Shown here: piece after piece, positions 1 through 9,552 of the stretch
How positions within the stretch are numbered: the first letter of the stretch is position 1
Layout of the letters: each line of letters opens with the position of its first letter
Source of the DNA: Terriglobia bacterium
GTDB taxonomy: Bacteria; Acidobacteriota; Polarisedimenticolia; Polarisedimenticolales; JAIQFR01
Length of the DNA stretch: 64,000 nucleotides
Reading direction: 5' to 3'
Assembly: GCA_963748015.1 (NCBI GenBank)
Contig: CAVVHE010000004.1
Location: 1,376,001-1,440,000 of the forward strand
Translations under genes and position numbers: made by a program
The notes under the pieces: generated by a model
The model's input: the letters and a program-made list of their open reading frames with translations, nothing else
Databases searched by the model: none
Told to the model about the DNA's origin: nothing

Positions 1-118
1 CACGAGATCGAGGCCTTCGGCCGGCTACGCGGGCGATTCCTGCTTTACGCCTGACGGCCGAAGAGGGACGGCCACCCGGCGCGGCAACTGTCCCTCGCAA
101 CGGTTGCAGTCCCTACCC

Positions 119-275
119 AAAAAAAATGACAGGGCGGGACCGAGTGCTCGAAGCACCCGGCCCGCCTCCGTCTGGGCCCAACTCGCGCGGAGGGTAGTGG
201 GGGGCTTGCCTCCGCGTCTCGGGCCCGAGTCCGGTAACGGCGGCCGCCCCCGAAGGGCCGACCACCGTCCCGGTA
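119..275 (-). ncRNA. Candidate structured small RNA / terminator region: three consecutive hairpins ending in U8
   Basis: Minus strand reads hairpin with UUCG loop, hairpin with C-rich loop, then hairpin GGCGGGCCGGGTGC-TTCG-AGCACTCGGTCCCGCC followed by T8 (A-run 119-126). No family recognised. Confidence 0.35.
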
Positions 276-357
276 ACTCCACTTTACGCCGATTCCCGCG
301 ATGGGGTTCGGCGCTCCTACGGGTTCTCGCGGACGGGCAAACCGCAGCGCCAAGAGC

Positions 358-2127
358 CTATCGGGGTTCCTCGAGCGCGGACATCGACAGCACCCCCGGG
401 GCTCCGAGAAGGCCGGTCGCCCGGATCGCCGGTGCGAGAGGCTCCGACGCCCGCACCGCTTGCATCAGAAGCGCCGCTGCGGCCTGGGCCTCGCTGCTGT
501 CGCGCCCCTTGTCGAGGAACAGGTCGAGCGTGGACTTCGGCTTCGGGAACACCTTGAGCCGCACCTTGGCGTCGGCGGGAAGGCCCGCCGCCTGCCTCGC
601 CAGCTTGAGGGCGACCGCGAATCCGCCGAGCTCGTCCACGAGGCCGAGCCGCTTGGCGTCCTCGCCGGTCCAGATCCTCCCCTGCGCGATCTCGAGCACC
701 TTCTCCTTCGGGAGGTTCCGCCCCGCGGCGACCTTCCCGGTGAAGTCCTCGTAGACGCGATCGAGCCAGCCCTGGAATCTCGACCACTCCTGCGCGGTGT
801 AGTCGTGGAGCCCGCTCCACATCGTGCCGGGCGCGCTCGTGTGGACCTCGTCCCACGTCAGGCCGAGCTTGTCGTAGAGCCCCTTGGTGACCATCTTGCC
901 GCCGAGGACTCCGATGGACGCCGTGATGGTCCCCGGCTGGGCGACGATCTTGTCCGCAGCCATCGCGACGAAGTAGCCGCCCGATCCCGCGACGTCGCCC
1001 ATCGAGACGATGACCGGCTTCTTGGCCGCCTTGGCTCGAAGGGTCTCTCGATAGATGGAGTCCGACGCGACGTAGGAGCCGCCGGGACTGTCCACGCGGA
1101 ACAGGATCGCCTTGACGTCCTTGTCCTCGATCGCCGCGCGGAACGCCGCGGTGACCGTGTCCGAGCCCATCGAGGCGCCCCCGAACAGGGGGCTGTAGCC
1201 GCTTGCTCCCCGCCCCACGCCGCCGACGCCGTAGATCAGGGCGATCGCCGTCCCCTTCTCGTGCGGCCGGCCGGCGCGATCGAGATACACGTTGAGGTAG
1301 AGGAGCTTCGCGCCCTCTCCCGCCCGCTTCGTCTCGCCCCCGTACACCTCGTCCCGGTAGGAAAGCGCATCCACGAGCTTCGCGTCCTTCGCCTCCTTGC
1401 CGAGGAACGGCCCTCGATCGAACAGCGCCCGGACCTCCTGCTCGGGAATCTTCCGCCCCTTCGAGATGCCGGCGACCATCTGGTCGAACATGGACCCGAG
1501 GAGCTTCGAAGTCGCCTCGCGGTGGGCGTCGGTGTACTTCGTCTCGGTGAACATGTTCATCGCGTTCTTGTAGTCCTTCCGGTGGTCCATCCGCGGGACG
1601 ATGCCGAGCTTGTCCAGGGACCCCTTCAGGAACGGCGCCTCCGACATCAGCCCGGTGAGCCCGATGTCGCCCGAGGGCTGCAGGTGGATCTCGTCGAAGG
1701 CGCTGGCGAGGTAGTAACCCACGTTCCCGGGCCCGAACTCGCCGAACGTATCCGCCCAGGCGACCGCGCGCTTCCCCTTGGCTCGAAACGCCAGGACCGC
1801 GTCCCGGACCTCCTGCGCCTGCGCGAGACCCGGTCCCGTGCCGCCGACCTTCGCGATGAAAGCGACGACCCGCTTGTCTTCGGCCGCCCGCTCGAGGGCC
1901 TCCACCACGTCCCGGACGACGGGCGCCTTCCCCAACATCGCCTTCGCGACCGGGTCGTCGGGGACGTACTCCACGAAGTCCTGCTCCAGGTCGGCCTCCA
2001 GGATCGTCTTGGAAGGCACGCCGCCCTTGCCGGCCCACGACACGAGACCGATCATCAGCGCGACCACCGCGACCACGAGCGCGAGCCCGCCCACCGTCGC
2101 GAGCACCCCCACGAGAAACCGTTTCAT
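358..2127 (-). CDS. sppA: Signal peptide peptidase SppA (protease IV, S49, 67K type)
   Basis: N-terminal TM, two S49 domains, motifs YYLAS, YKNA, RVDSPGGS, VAGSGGY, ITASIGV, AQGRIWTG. Start taken at MKRFLVG. Confidence 0.93.
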   Translation of the reverse strand: MKRFLVGVLATVGGLALVVAVVALMIGLVSWAGKGGVPSKTILEADLEQDFVEYVPDDPVAKAMLGKAPVVRDVVEALERAAEDKRVVAFIAKVGGTGPGLAQAQEVRDAVLAFRAKGKRAVAWADTFGEFGPGNVGYYLASAFDEIHLQPSGDIGLTGLMSEAPFLKGSLDKLGIVPRMDHRKDYKNAMNMFTETKYTDAHREATSKLLGSMFDQMVAGISKGRKIPEQEVRALFDRGPFLGKEAKDAKLVDALSYRDEVYGGETKRAGEGAKLLYLNVYLDRAGRPHEKGTAIALIYGVGGVGRGASGYSPLFGGASMGSDTVTAAFRAAIEDKDVKAILFRVDSPGGSYVASDSIYRETLRAKAAKKPVIVSMGDVAGSGGYFVAMAADKIVAQPGTITASIGVLGGKMVTKGLYDKLGLTWDEVHTSAPGTMWSGLHDYTAQEWSRFQGWLDRVYEDFTGKVAAGRNLPKEKVLEIAQGRIWTGEDAKRLGLVDELGGFAVALKLARQAAGLPADAKVRLKVFPKPKSTLDLFLDKGRDSSEAQAAAALLMQAVRASEPLAPAIRATGLLGAPGVLSMSALEEPR

Positions 2128-2268
2128 GACTTCCCTCCGCCGTCCTCGGGACGGCCCGTCCACCGTTCCAGCCCGCCAGTTTCTACGGGAATCGCGCGCG
2201 AGAGTTCACCCGCGCGGCCGGGCTTATACTAATGCCCGAAACGCCGTTCCCCGCGGGAGAACGTCAAG

Positions 2269-3327
2269 ATGAGCCGCACCCACTCGCCGCTCCACTGCTT
2301 CCTGCCCCCGTACATCCTCCGCGAAATCGTTCGCCGGGGCAGTCCCGACCAGCAGGCGTGGGCATGGCACGCCCTCGAGGTCTCGGAGCAGTTCCGCGGC
2401 GAGCGGAGGGCGCTCGGAGCGCTCGCCGCAGCGGCCGCCACCCCGGCCGGGGCGAAGCGCCGGAGCGTCTACGATGCCGGGGGCGGGCGCGCGCTCCCGG
2501 GCACGCTGGTGCGCTCGGAGGGCGACCCGCGGTCGAAGGACCCGGCGGTCAACGAGGCCTACGAAGGGGCGGGAGCGACCTGGGACCTGTTCTTCGAGGC
2601 GTACGGACGGAACTCGATCGACGATCGCGGCATGCGGCTCGATTCCACCGTGCATTTCGGGCAGCGCTACGACAACGCCTTCTGGAACGGCCAGCAGATG
2701 GTATACGGCGACGGGGACGGGCAGATCTTCCGCCGCTTCACCCGGTCGCTCGAGGTGATCGCTCACGAGCTGGCGCACGGCGTGTCCCAGTTCGAGGCGG
2801 GGTTCGTCTATCACGGGGAATCCGGCGCGCTCTCCGAGCACTTCTCCGACGTGTTCGGCATCCTCGTCCGTCAGCGCAGGCGCAAGGAGAGAGCGCAGGA
2901 CTCCGACTGGATCGTCGGGAAGGGGCTGTTCCTCCCGAAAGTCAGGGGCGTGGGCATCCGGTCCATGAAGGCGCCGGGCACCGCCTATGACGACCCGGTC
3001 CTCGGCAAGGACCCCCAGCCGGGGCACATGCGGGACTACGTCGAGACGTGGGACGACAACGGCGGCGTGCACATCAACTCCGGGATCCCGAACCGCGCCT
3101 TCTACGAGGCGGCGGCGAGAATCGGCGGTTACCCCTGGGAGCGGGCCGGCCGGATCTGGTACGTCGCGCTCCGCGACCGCCTTCGCCCGAAGTCGGTTTT
3201 CCGCGACGCGGCGGCCGCGACGATCGCCGTTGCCGTGGAACTGTACGGATTGAAGAGCGCCGAGAGCGCGGCGGTGCGCGAAGGATGGGCCGCGGTGGGT
3301 GTTGCGCCCGCGAGGCGGTCGCGATGA
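2269..3327 (+). CDS. Protealysin-like M4 metallopeptidase
   Basis: Short propeptide with CFLPPYIL, NAFWNG, HELAH zinc motif, GALSEHFSD, GVHINSG; no signal peptide. Confidence 0.93.
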   Translation: MSRTHSPLHCFLPPYILREIVRRGSPDQQAWAWHALEVSEQFRGERRALGALAAAAATPAGAKRRSVYDAGGGRALPGTLVRSEGDPRSKDPAVNEAYEGAGATWDLFFEAYGRNSIDDRGMRLDSTVHFGQRYDNAFWNGQQMVYGDGDGQIFRRFTRSLEVIAHELAHGVSQFEAGFVYHGESGALSEHFSDVFGILVRQRRRKERAQDSDWIVGKGLFLPKVRGVGIRSMKAPGTAYDDPVLGKDPQPGHMRDYVETWDDNGGVHINSGIPNRAFYEAAARIGGYPWERAGRIWYVALRDRLRPKSVFRDAAAATIAVAVELYGLKSAESAAVREGWAAVGVAPARRSR

Positions 3328-3629
3328 AGGTGCGGCTCGTGCGGTCGGGAGGGATCGCGGGAATGCGCCTCGCGACGGAGGCCGACTCTTCCCGGCTTCC
3401 CGACGAGGGCGCGAGGAGCCTCGCCCGCCTCGTCGAAGACTCGGGCGTCCTCTTGCTCCCCCCCGGTGCGGCCGCTCCCCCGTCCGGACCGGACCGATTC
3501 GCCTACCGCGTCACCGTCGAGACCGAGGGGGGCGAGCACACCGTCGAGATCGCCGAGGAGGACGTGACGCCGGCGCTCGAGCCGCTGATCGACTGGCTCG
3601 TCTCCCGCGCGCGCGACGGGACCGCGTAG
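3324..3629 (+). CDS. Emfourin-like protealysin inhibitor
   Basis: ATGA overlap with the M4 gene; MKVRLVRSGGIAG and PDRFAYRVTVE motifs typical of emfourin. Confidence 0.88.
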   Translation: MKVRLVRSGGIAGMRLATEADSSRLPDEGARSLARLVEDSGVLLLPPGAAAPPSGPDRFAYRVTVETEGGEHTVEIAEEDVTPALEPLIDWLVSRARDGTA

Positions 3630-3638
3630 CCTCTCGCG

Positions 3639-4037
3639 CTAGCCCGCGCCGCGGTCGCCTGCGGCGGCCTCGGCCGGGAGGCCCTCGAGGTCGGCGATCA
3701 CGTCGCGGAGGGTCAGCAGATCCGCGTCCTCGACGGGATAGACCAGCACGCCGCAGACCGCGCCCTTCAGCGAGTCCGGCGTGACGTGCATGACGAGCAG
3801 GTCCGCGCGAAAAGCCCGCCTGCCAACGCGCACGGTCGCGCCGTCGAGCCGGCTCCCCGGCTCGAGGCCCGGCAGCTCGTGGGCGAGCACCATGGAGAGC
3901 CCCGAAGCGCTCAGGTCCCGGATCGGCATCGTGCAGGGATGGCCATCGGGGCCGGGGTAGCCGAACTCCGCCCGAGCTTCCTCCGCGGGAGAAAGCAGGT
4001 GACGGTGGTGGTGTCTCCGGTTCGCGGGCCGCTGCAT
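3639..4037 (-). CDS. PilZ-domain protein
   Basis: RRHHHR (RxxxR) and DLSASG (DxSxxG) motifs. Confidence 0.75.
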   Translation of the reverse strand: MQRPANRRHHHRHLLSPAEEARAEFGYPGPDGHPCTMPIRDLSASGLSMVLAHELPGLEPGSRLDGATVRVGRRAFRADLLVMHVTPDSLKGAVCGVLVYPVEDADLLTLRDVIADLEGLPAEAAAGDRGAG

Positions 4038-4110
4038 CCGCTCTCCCTGCTCGGCGGGGCCGAGGAAAGGAGAATCTAGTGTCCCGCCGCGGCCCGGTCC
4101 AGCGGCCGCT

Positions 4111-4602
4111 TCAATCGAGGTCTTTCGGCCGCCAGAGCCCGACCAGCCTGCCACGGACGCCGGGGCCGAGCTCTTTCCACCCCTTCACCGGGAGGGCGAT
4201 CCTCGCGAGCGCTCCGGTCGGGAGATGCTCGGCGGCGCCGGTGAGGAGGGCGAGCAGCTCCTCGATTCCCGGGTTGTGCCCGACGACCATCGCGGTTCGG
4301 ACGTCGGCCTCGACGGCGCGGAGGGCCGCGAGAATGTCGGCGGGACTCGCGAGGTAGAGACCCCGGAGGAAACGCGTCTCCCCCGAGAACCCGGAAGCCT
4401 CGGACGTAGCCTCCGCGGTTTCCCTGGCGCGCTCGGCCGTGGAGCAGAGCACGACGTCGGGGAGGAGCTTCTCGTCGCGAAGGAGCCGTCCCATTCGGGG
4501 GGCATCGCGACGCCCGCGCTTGTTGAGCGGCCGGTCGTGGTCGTCGAGCCCCGGATCGTCCCAGCTCGACTTGGCGTGCCGCAGCAGCAGCAAGGTCTTC
4601 AC
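4111..4602 (-). CDS. sixA: SixA-like histidine phosphatase
   Basis: LLRHAKSSW, DRPL, STAERARET, VGHNPG. Confidence 0.88.
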   Translation of the reverse strand: MKTLLLLRHAKSSWDDPGLDDHDRPLNKRGRRDAPRMGRLLRDEKLLPDVVLCSTAERARETAEATSEASGFSGETRFLRGLYLASPADILAALRAVEADVRTAMVVGHNPGIEELLALLTGAAEHLPTGALARIALPVKGWKELGPGVRGRLVGLWRPKDLD

Positions 4603-4813
4603 TTTCCCCTCAATCCCCGAGGCTCGCCAAGAGCGCCCCCAAACCCAGAATACCCCGACACGCGCCGATTCCCGCCCGCTCGGGGACTTCTGCATCATTC
4701 TCGGCCATTCCCGTATGGTTCTCGCACACTCTTCTCGGTATCATTAGAGCATCCGGCACCAAGTCCAGCGAGCAGCCTCTTGGGGCTGCCGAAGAAGAAG
4801 AGGAGAAGATCTC

Positions 4814-5518
4814 ATGCGAATCCGTCTCGCTAGCCTCTGCGCGGCGCTTCTGGCGCTAGGCGTGGCGTGGCTCGGGGCACCACCGAGTCATGCCTTCAGC
4901 TCGCCGCCGATGAACCTGGCCGACCTGGTCCGGCACTCATCGGCGATCGTCGTCGGCACGGTCTCGGGCGTGACCCAGTCCGCGGAGCCCGGGAAGCTGC
5001 CGTACACCCAGATCCAGGTGAAGGTCTCCGAGACCATCACCGGGCGCCGCGCGCCGGACGGGACGCTGACGTTCCGGCAGTTCGGCCTCCAGACTCCCCT
5101 GCCGGCCGCGAACGGCCGGAAGTTCGTCGGCCTCGTCGCGGGGATGCCGACCTACCAGACCGGCGACCAGGTCGTGCTGTTCCTGGGCCGCATCTCGAGC
5201 ATCGGACTCCGGACGACGGCCGGCCTGCAGCAGGGCAAGTTCGTCGCCCGCGCAGGCAACCTCCAGAACGAGGCCAACAACAGCGGGTTGTTCCAGAACG
5301 TCTCGTTCGCCGGAAGGACCTTGAACGACAAGGAGCTGGCGATGGTCGAGACGAAGCAAGGGGCCGTGGCTACCGACACGTTCCTCGGCCTCGTCCGGCG
5401 CGCCGTGAACGAGCACTGGTTCGATACGGCGCAGCCCCCGAGGCCCGGGCAGCCGAAGCCCAACCCGGGCTCGCCCACGGGCCCGAAGCGGATCGCCCCG
5501 GTGGGGGTGACGCCATGA
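4814..5518 (+). CDS. Secreted protein, possible stand-alone metalloprotease pro/inhibitor domain
   Basis: Signal peptide; LADLVRHSSAIVVGTV...GMPTYQTGDQVVLFL...GLQQGKF pattern; stop overlaps the start of the next gene (ATGA). Confidence 0.65.
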   Translation: MRIRLASLCAALLALGVAWLGAPPSHAFSSPPMNLADLVRHSSAIVVGTVSGVTQSAEPGKLPYTQIQVKVSETITGRRAPDGTLTFRQFGLQTPLPAANGRKFVGLVAGMPTYQTGDQVVLFLGRISSIGLRTTAGLQQGKFVARAGNLQNEANNSGLFQNVSFAGRTLNDKELAMVETKQGAVATDTFLGLVRRAVNEHWFDTAQPPRPGQPKPNPGSPTGPKRIAPVGVTP

Positions 5519-7920
5519 CCTATCGAACCCTCTTCAAGACCCTCGCGTCGTTCGCCGCGGTGGCGGCGCTCGCCTCCACGATGGTGCTCGCGGGCGGTCC
5601 CCTCTACCTTTTCGATCCTGCCACCAAGACCCCCTACGCGTGGGCCAACGGCTACGCGCCGGTGTACACCGACCTCGGAAATCTCGGACAGCTTTCGGGT
5701 GATCAGGCCAATGCCATGGTCGCGTTCTCGATCAGCCAGTGGAACGCCGTCCCGACCTCGTCCTTCAACGGCGCGGTCGTCGGCGATTTCGCCTCCATCG
5801 GTCTACCCGACATCGACGCGTCGAACGTCCTCTCCGTTCTTGGCGCTTGGAACGGCGGCGGCGTGCACGTCATCTACGACGAGGACGGCTCGATCACCGA
5901 GGCGATCTTCGGAGACCCGTACGGCGTTCTCGGGTTCACGACCATCGAGTACGCCGCCGACGGGAGCCCCGCTCTGCTCGAGGCCACGATGATCCTCAAC
6001 GGGAGCAGGGTGCCGGAAGCGCCGTACACGTCCCCGGAAGACGCGGCGGCGATGTTCGCGGGCATGATGACCCACGAGTTCGGCCACGCGATCAACCTCG
6101 CGCACACCCAGACGAACGGGCAGATCATCAATTACTACACCCAGTTCAACGGACCGGCCGACTGCCCCACGCCCTATACGGGTGGCCCGCGGAACGACGA
6201 CCTCGAGACCATGTACCCGTACATCAACATCTACGGGTCCGGCGTCGCCGAATCCACGGTGGACGTCCTGGACGACATGGCCGCGCTGTCCGACATCTAC
6301 CCCGCCGCGGGCTGGCCGGGCGCCTATCCGTCCATCATCGGCACGATCTACGCGCCCGCGCAGTCGGGGACGAAGACCAACACTCCCTTCACGGGATCGA
6401 ACGTCGTCGCCCGGAACGTGGCGAACCCGTGGAAGGACGCGATCTCCGCGATCTCCGGCGACTTCACGCAGGGACAGGCCGGGCCGGACGGCTCCTATGC
6501 CTTCCACGGCCTGACGCCGGGGGCCTCGTACGTGGTGTACGTGAACGGGATCCTCTATGGCGCGTTCGCGACACCGGTGCCGACCGTGCTGCCGGGCCCC
6601 GAGGAGTACTGGAACGGAGCCAACGAGTCCGGCGACGGGGTCAAGGACGACCGCTGCGCGTGGCAGACGATCCAGCCGGCGGCCGGCCAGCCCGCGACCA
6701 CCGACATCGTCTTCAACAAGGTGAAGGGCGGGCCCGTCTTCACCCCGGTCGATCTACCGAACTCGGGGATTTCCGAGCTGTCCGGCGACGGGCAGGTCGC
6801 GGTCGGGTGGTGGGACGGCGGGGTGATCCGGTGGACCCCCGCTGGCGGCCCCGAGATCATCGGAGATTACTCCCGGACGCCGTCGTCCGGGATTTCCGCC
6901 GACGGCCGCACCATCGTCTCGAGCATTCTCGACGAAAACGGCTACGAGGTCGCCGCGATGTGGCAGGGCGGCCAGGACTGGCTCCCGCTCGGCAGCGTGC
7001 CGGGCAGCGAGACGTGCGACGCGTACCTGTCGAGCGCCTGGGGCGTGGCCAACAACGGGACCACGGTCGGCCTCGACTGGCTGGGCTGCACCAGCGTCAC
7101 GGCGTTCCAGTGGACGAGCGCCGGCGGGATGGTCGCTCTTCCCTCCTCCGGCCGGGGCCAGGGTAGCCGCGCCGACAAGATCTCGGCCGACGCCTCTACC
7201 ATCGTCGGCTGGGACGCCATCGAGTGGGGCGGCTGGCAAGGAGCCATCTGGCGCAACGGCCAGCAGACTCTCGTGCAGCAGGAGCCCGCGCTCTGCTGCG
7301 ACGGGGACCCGTCCTGCACGGTGGACTACGTCGGCGAGGCCAACGCGGTCAATCCCGACGGCTCCATCGTCATCGGCAGCAACTTCAACATCCCGCAGGT
7401 CTACGTGGATCCGTGGTCCGGCGACGTGTACCACTACTGCGACTCCAGCCCGTGGCGCTGGACGCCGAGCCTTGGGATGGCGACGTCCCTCGGCCAGTAC
7501 AACCCGGGCTCGGGGATCCCCGCCGACGCGTTCGACCTCAGCGACGACGGGAGCGTGATCGTCGGGCGGGCGAGCGACTGGTGGATGGGCCAGCTCACTC
7601 CTCTGCTCTGGACGTCCTCGACCGGGTGGACCGACCTCCAGGCGTTCCTGGCGGCCCAGGGCACCTCCGCCCCCGGCTGGTCGCTGTCGTCGGCCGGAAC
7701 CGTTTCCGGAGACGGGAAGACCATCGCCGGCTGGGGGTACTCCCCGTTCTCCCGGCAGGGCTGGGTCGTCCAGATGCCCAAGGTGGTGGTCTGCCACCAG
7801 CCGTCGAAGCTCCGCGCCCCTCACGAGAAGAAGCAGACCGTCGTGGTCGATTTCCCGGGGAGCCTCGCGGCGCACCTGAATCACGGAGACGTCATCGGCC
7901 TGTGCGGTGACGGTAGGTAA
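5515..7920 (+). CDS. Secreted metzincin-type metalloprotease with HAF-like extracellular beta-propeller repeats
   Basis: Signal peptide; HEFGHAINLAH; Met-turn ETMYP; repeats of the form ISADGRTIV / ISADASTIVG / LSDDGSVIVG / VSGDGKTIAG; C-terminal VCH...AHLNHGDVIGLC motif. Confidence 0.8.
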   Translation: MTYRTLFKTLASFAAVAALASTMVLAGGPLYLFDPATKTPYAWANGYAPVYTDLGNLGQLSGDQANAMVAFSISQWNAVPTSSFNGAVVGDFASIGLPDIDASNVLSVLGAWNGGGVHVIYDEDGSITEAIFGDPYGVLGFTTIEYAADGSPALLEATMILNGSRVPEAPYTSPEDAAAMFAGMMTHEFGHAINLAHTQTNGQIINYYTQFNGPADCPTPYTGGPRNDDLETMYPYINIYGSGVAESTVDVLDDMAALSDIYPAAGWPGAYPSIIGTIYAPAQSGTKTNTPFTGSNVVARNVANPWKDAISAISGDFTQGQAGPDGSYAFHGLTPGASYVVYVNGILYGAFATPVPTVLPGPEEYWNGANESGDGVKDDRCAWQTIQPAAGQPATTDIVFNKVKGGPVFTPVDLPNSGISELSGDGQVAVGWWDGGVIRWTPAGGPEIIGDYSRTPSSGISADGRTIVSSILDENGYEVAAMWQGGQDWLPLGSVPGSETCDAYLSSAWGVANNGTTVGLDWLGCTSVTAFQWTSAGGMVALPSSGRGQGSRADKISADASTIVGWDAIEWGGWQGAIWRNGQQTLVQQEPALCCDGDPSCTVDYVGEANAVNPDGSIVIGSNFNIPQVYVDPWSGDVYHYCDSSPWRWTPSLGMATSLGQYNPGSGIPADAFDLSDDGSVIVGRASDWWMGQLTPLLWTSSTGWTDLQAFLAAQGTSAPGWSLSSAGTVSGDGKTIAGWGYSPFSRQGWVVQMPKVVVCHQPSKLRAPHEKKQTVVVDFPGSLAAHLNHGDVIGLCGDGR

Positions 7921-7959
7921 CCCGAGAGACGATCCAGGATAGAAGTCTTTGCGATCGAG

Positions 7960-7990
7960 CTGCCCGCCGGGCCCATGGCCCGGCGGGCAG
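7960..7990. terminator. Perfect 14-bp GC-rich hairpin after the metalloprotease
   Basis: CTGCCCGCCGGGCC-CAT-GGCCCGGCGGGCAG; no U-tract. Confidence 0.55.
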
Positions 7991-8086
7991 TGGCGTTCTC
8001 GGCGAGCACCAGGCCGTCACGCCAACCCCACGTTGGATTGTCGGGTACCGACGAAGTAAGTCGATCTCACCCGCCCACAAGTCGGG

Positions 8087-8330
8087 CTACAACCCCGTGG
8101 CGACGAAGTCCTTGAAGCCGAAATCGACGTTCGTGCTCCCCACGCCGTAGTTGAACCCCACGCCGGGATTCCCCGCGCTGAACGTACTGTCGGTGGCGCT
8201 GATGACCTCCACCCCGTTGATGTATCCCCTGATGACGTTCCCGACGACCGTGGCCTTCACGACGTCTCCGTCCTGCACGCCGTAGTTCGCCCCGTACGTC
8301 GGCCCGGCGATCGTGGTGAAATCGCCTGCG
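8087..8330 (-). pseudogene. Probable C-terminal fragment of a beta-sandwich extracellular protein
   Basis: Last ~80 codons of ORF 8087-8506 are protein-like (GVQDGDVVKATVVGNVIRGYINGVEV...GNPGVGF) with host-like codons; the upstream part is not. Confidence 0.45.
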
Positions 8331-8553
8331 AGCGTGGGTGCCGGCGAAGCGGAGATCCGGGCAATGGGCAACTGGAAGGGTGGCCGGAGGTCGCGCGTCA
8401 CGCAAAGAACCCGCGCGATTCGATCCAACTGTGGTGCGACGAAGGGGGCCGCGCTCCTCGGGCGTGGCCACAGCATGACCGCACCCCAGGAGAAGGTCGA
8501 GGACACGGCCGCTAGGGCCTCGCCGGTATCTGCCTTTTTGTCAGATGCTTAGG

Positions 8554-8629
8554 TGGTGGAGCTGGAGGGAATCGAACCCTCGACCCCTTGACTGCCAGTC
8601 AAGTACTCTCCCAGCTGAGCTACAGCCCC
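8554..8629 (-). tRNA. tRNA-Ala (GGC)
   Basis: GGGGCTGTAGCTCAGCTGGGAGAG...TGGCA...GGTTCGATTCC...CTCCACCA; 76 nt with encoded CCA. Confidence 0.97.
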
Positions 8630-8743
8630 ACACTCGCGGGCGCCGAGGGCCGCCCGATCACCTGCGGAGATTACCATACCGAGCCAGCCGATTCAAACCC
8701 GCGGCGACCCGCAACGCGTGCGATACAATGGCGCCCCGATCGT

Positions 8744-8841
8744 GGAAGCGCATGGGGCCCGGTGGCCCTCCCGGTCTTCAAAACCGCGTGTCGGGCGGCT
8801 TCGCCGTCCGAGGTGGGTTCGACTCCCACTCGCTTCCGCCA
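8744..8841 (+). tRNA. selC: tRNA-Sec (TCA)
   Basis: GGAAG...CTTCCGCCA acceptor, CTTCAAA anticodon loop, long variable arm, GGTTCGACTCC T-arm; TACAAT at 8724-8729 upstream. Confidence 0.95.
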
Positions 8842-8876
8842 GGCCCGCCACCCGGCCGACGAGACCGACGAATCGC

Positions 8877-9552
8877 CTAGCGGTAGAGGCTCAGGGTCCG
8901 CGTCGCGTCGCTCTCGATCACGCCGTAGATCGACGGGAGCGACGAGACGTCGCGCCCTCCGACCGTGACGGTGCCGGAGGCGACCGCGCTGCGAATCGTG
9001 CCGGTCGAGTTGGAGACGAAGTGCTGGGTGCCGGTGTCGTATCTCACGTGGTCGGTGGTGCGATCCGGCTGGCCCACGCCGTTCCACACGAGGTCCACCG
9101 CGATGAGCACCGGATCGCCGTAGATCCCGTCCCGCCCCTCGAAGGAAGCCCGCAGGCTCGCCGACTTTCGGTTCGGACTGACGTGAAGATCCTCCACCGG
9201 GCCGCTTCCGATGGCGATCATCAGCGGCAGCTGCGCACACCGGTCGTACACGGTGGCGATCACCGAGACGAGGCTCGATTCGGTGACGTCGCCGTTCGTG
9301 TCGATGACCCCACGGGCGGCGTGGACGATGGTGATGGTCTCGACTCCGAGATCGCAGTAGCTCGTGTCGACGCTGACGAACTCGGTCGTGACGCCGTCGC
9401 CCTGGACGCGATAGTGCAGGATCTCGCGCTCCCCGCTGGGCGCGTCGCTCGGTTCCACCGCGCGGAGGGGAGCGATGTCGCGCCCCTGAGCCGGGACGCC
9501 GCACATGGCGGCGACGCAGGCGATCAGCACCGCAAATGCACAGTTTCTTCAT
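8877..9552 (-). CDS. Secreted hypothetical protein with an apparent frameshift in the signal peptide
   Basis: RBS plus ATG at 9552 (MKKLCI) joins ORF 8877-9530 if one A of 9534-9536 is removed, giving MKKLCIAVLIACVAAMCGVPAQG. Confidence 0.6.

Noticed and set aside
301..2232. Long antisense ORFs here and opposite the nuo, mrcB and other genes
   Set aside because: Expected antisense shadows of GC3-rich genes, with no motifs.
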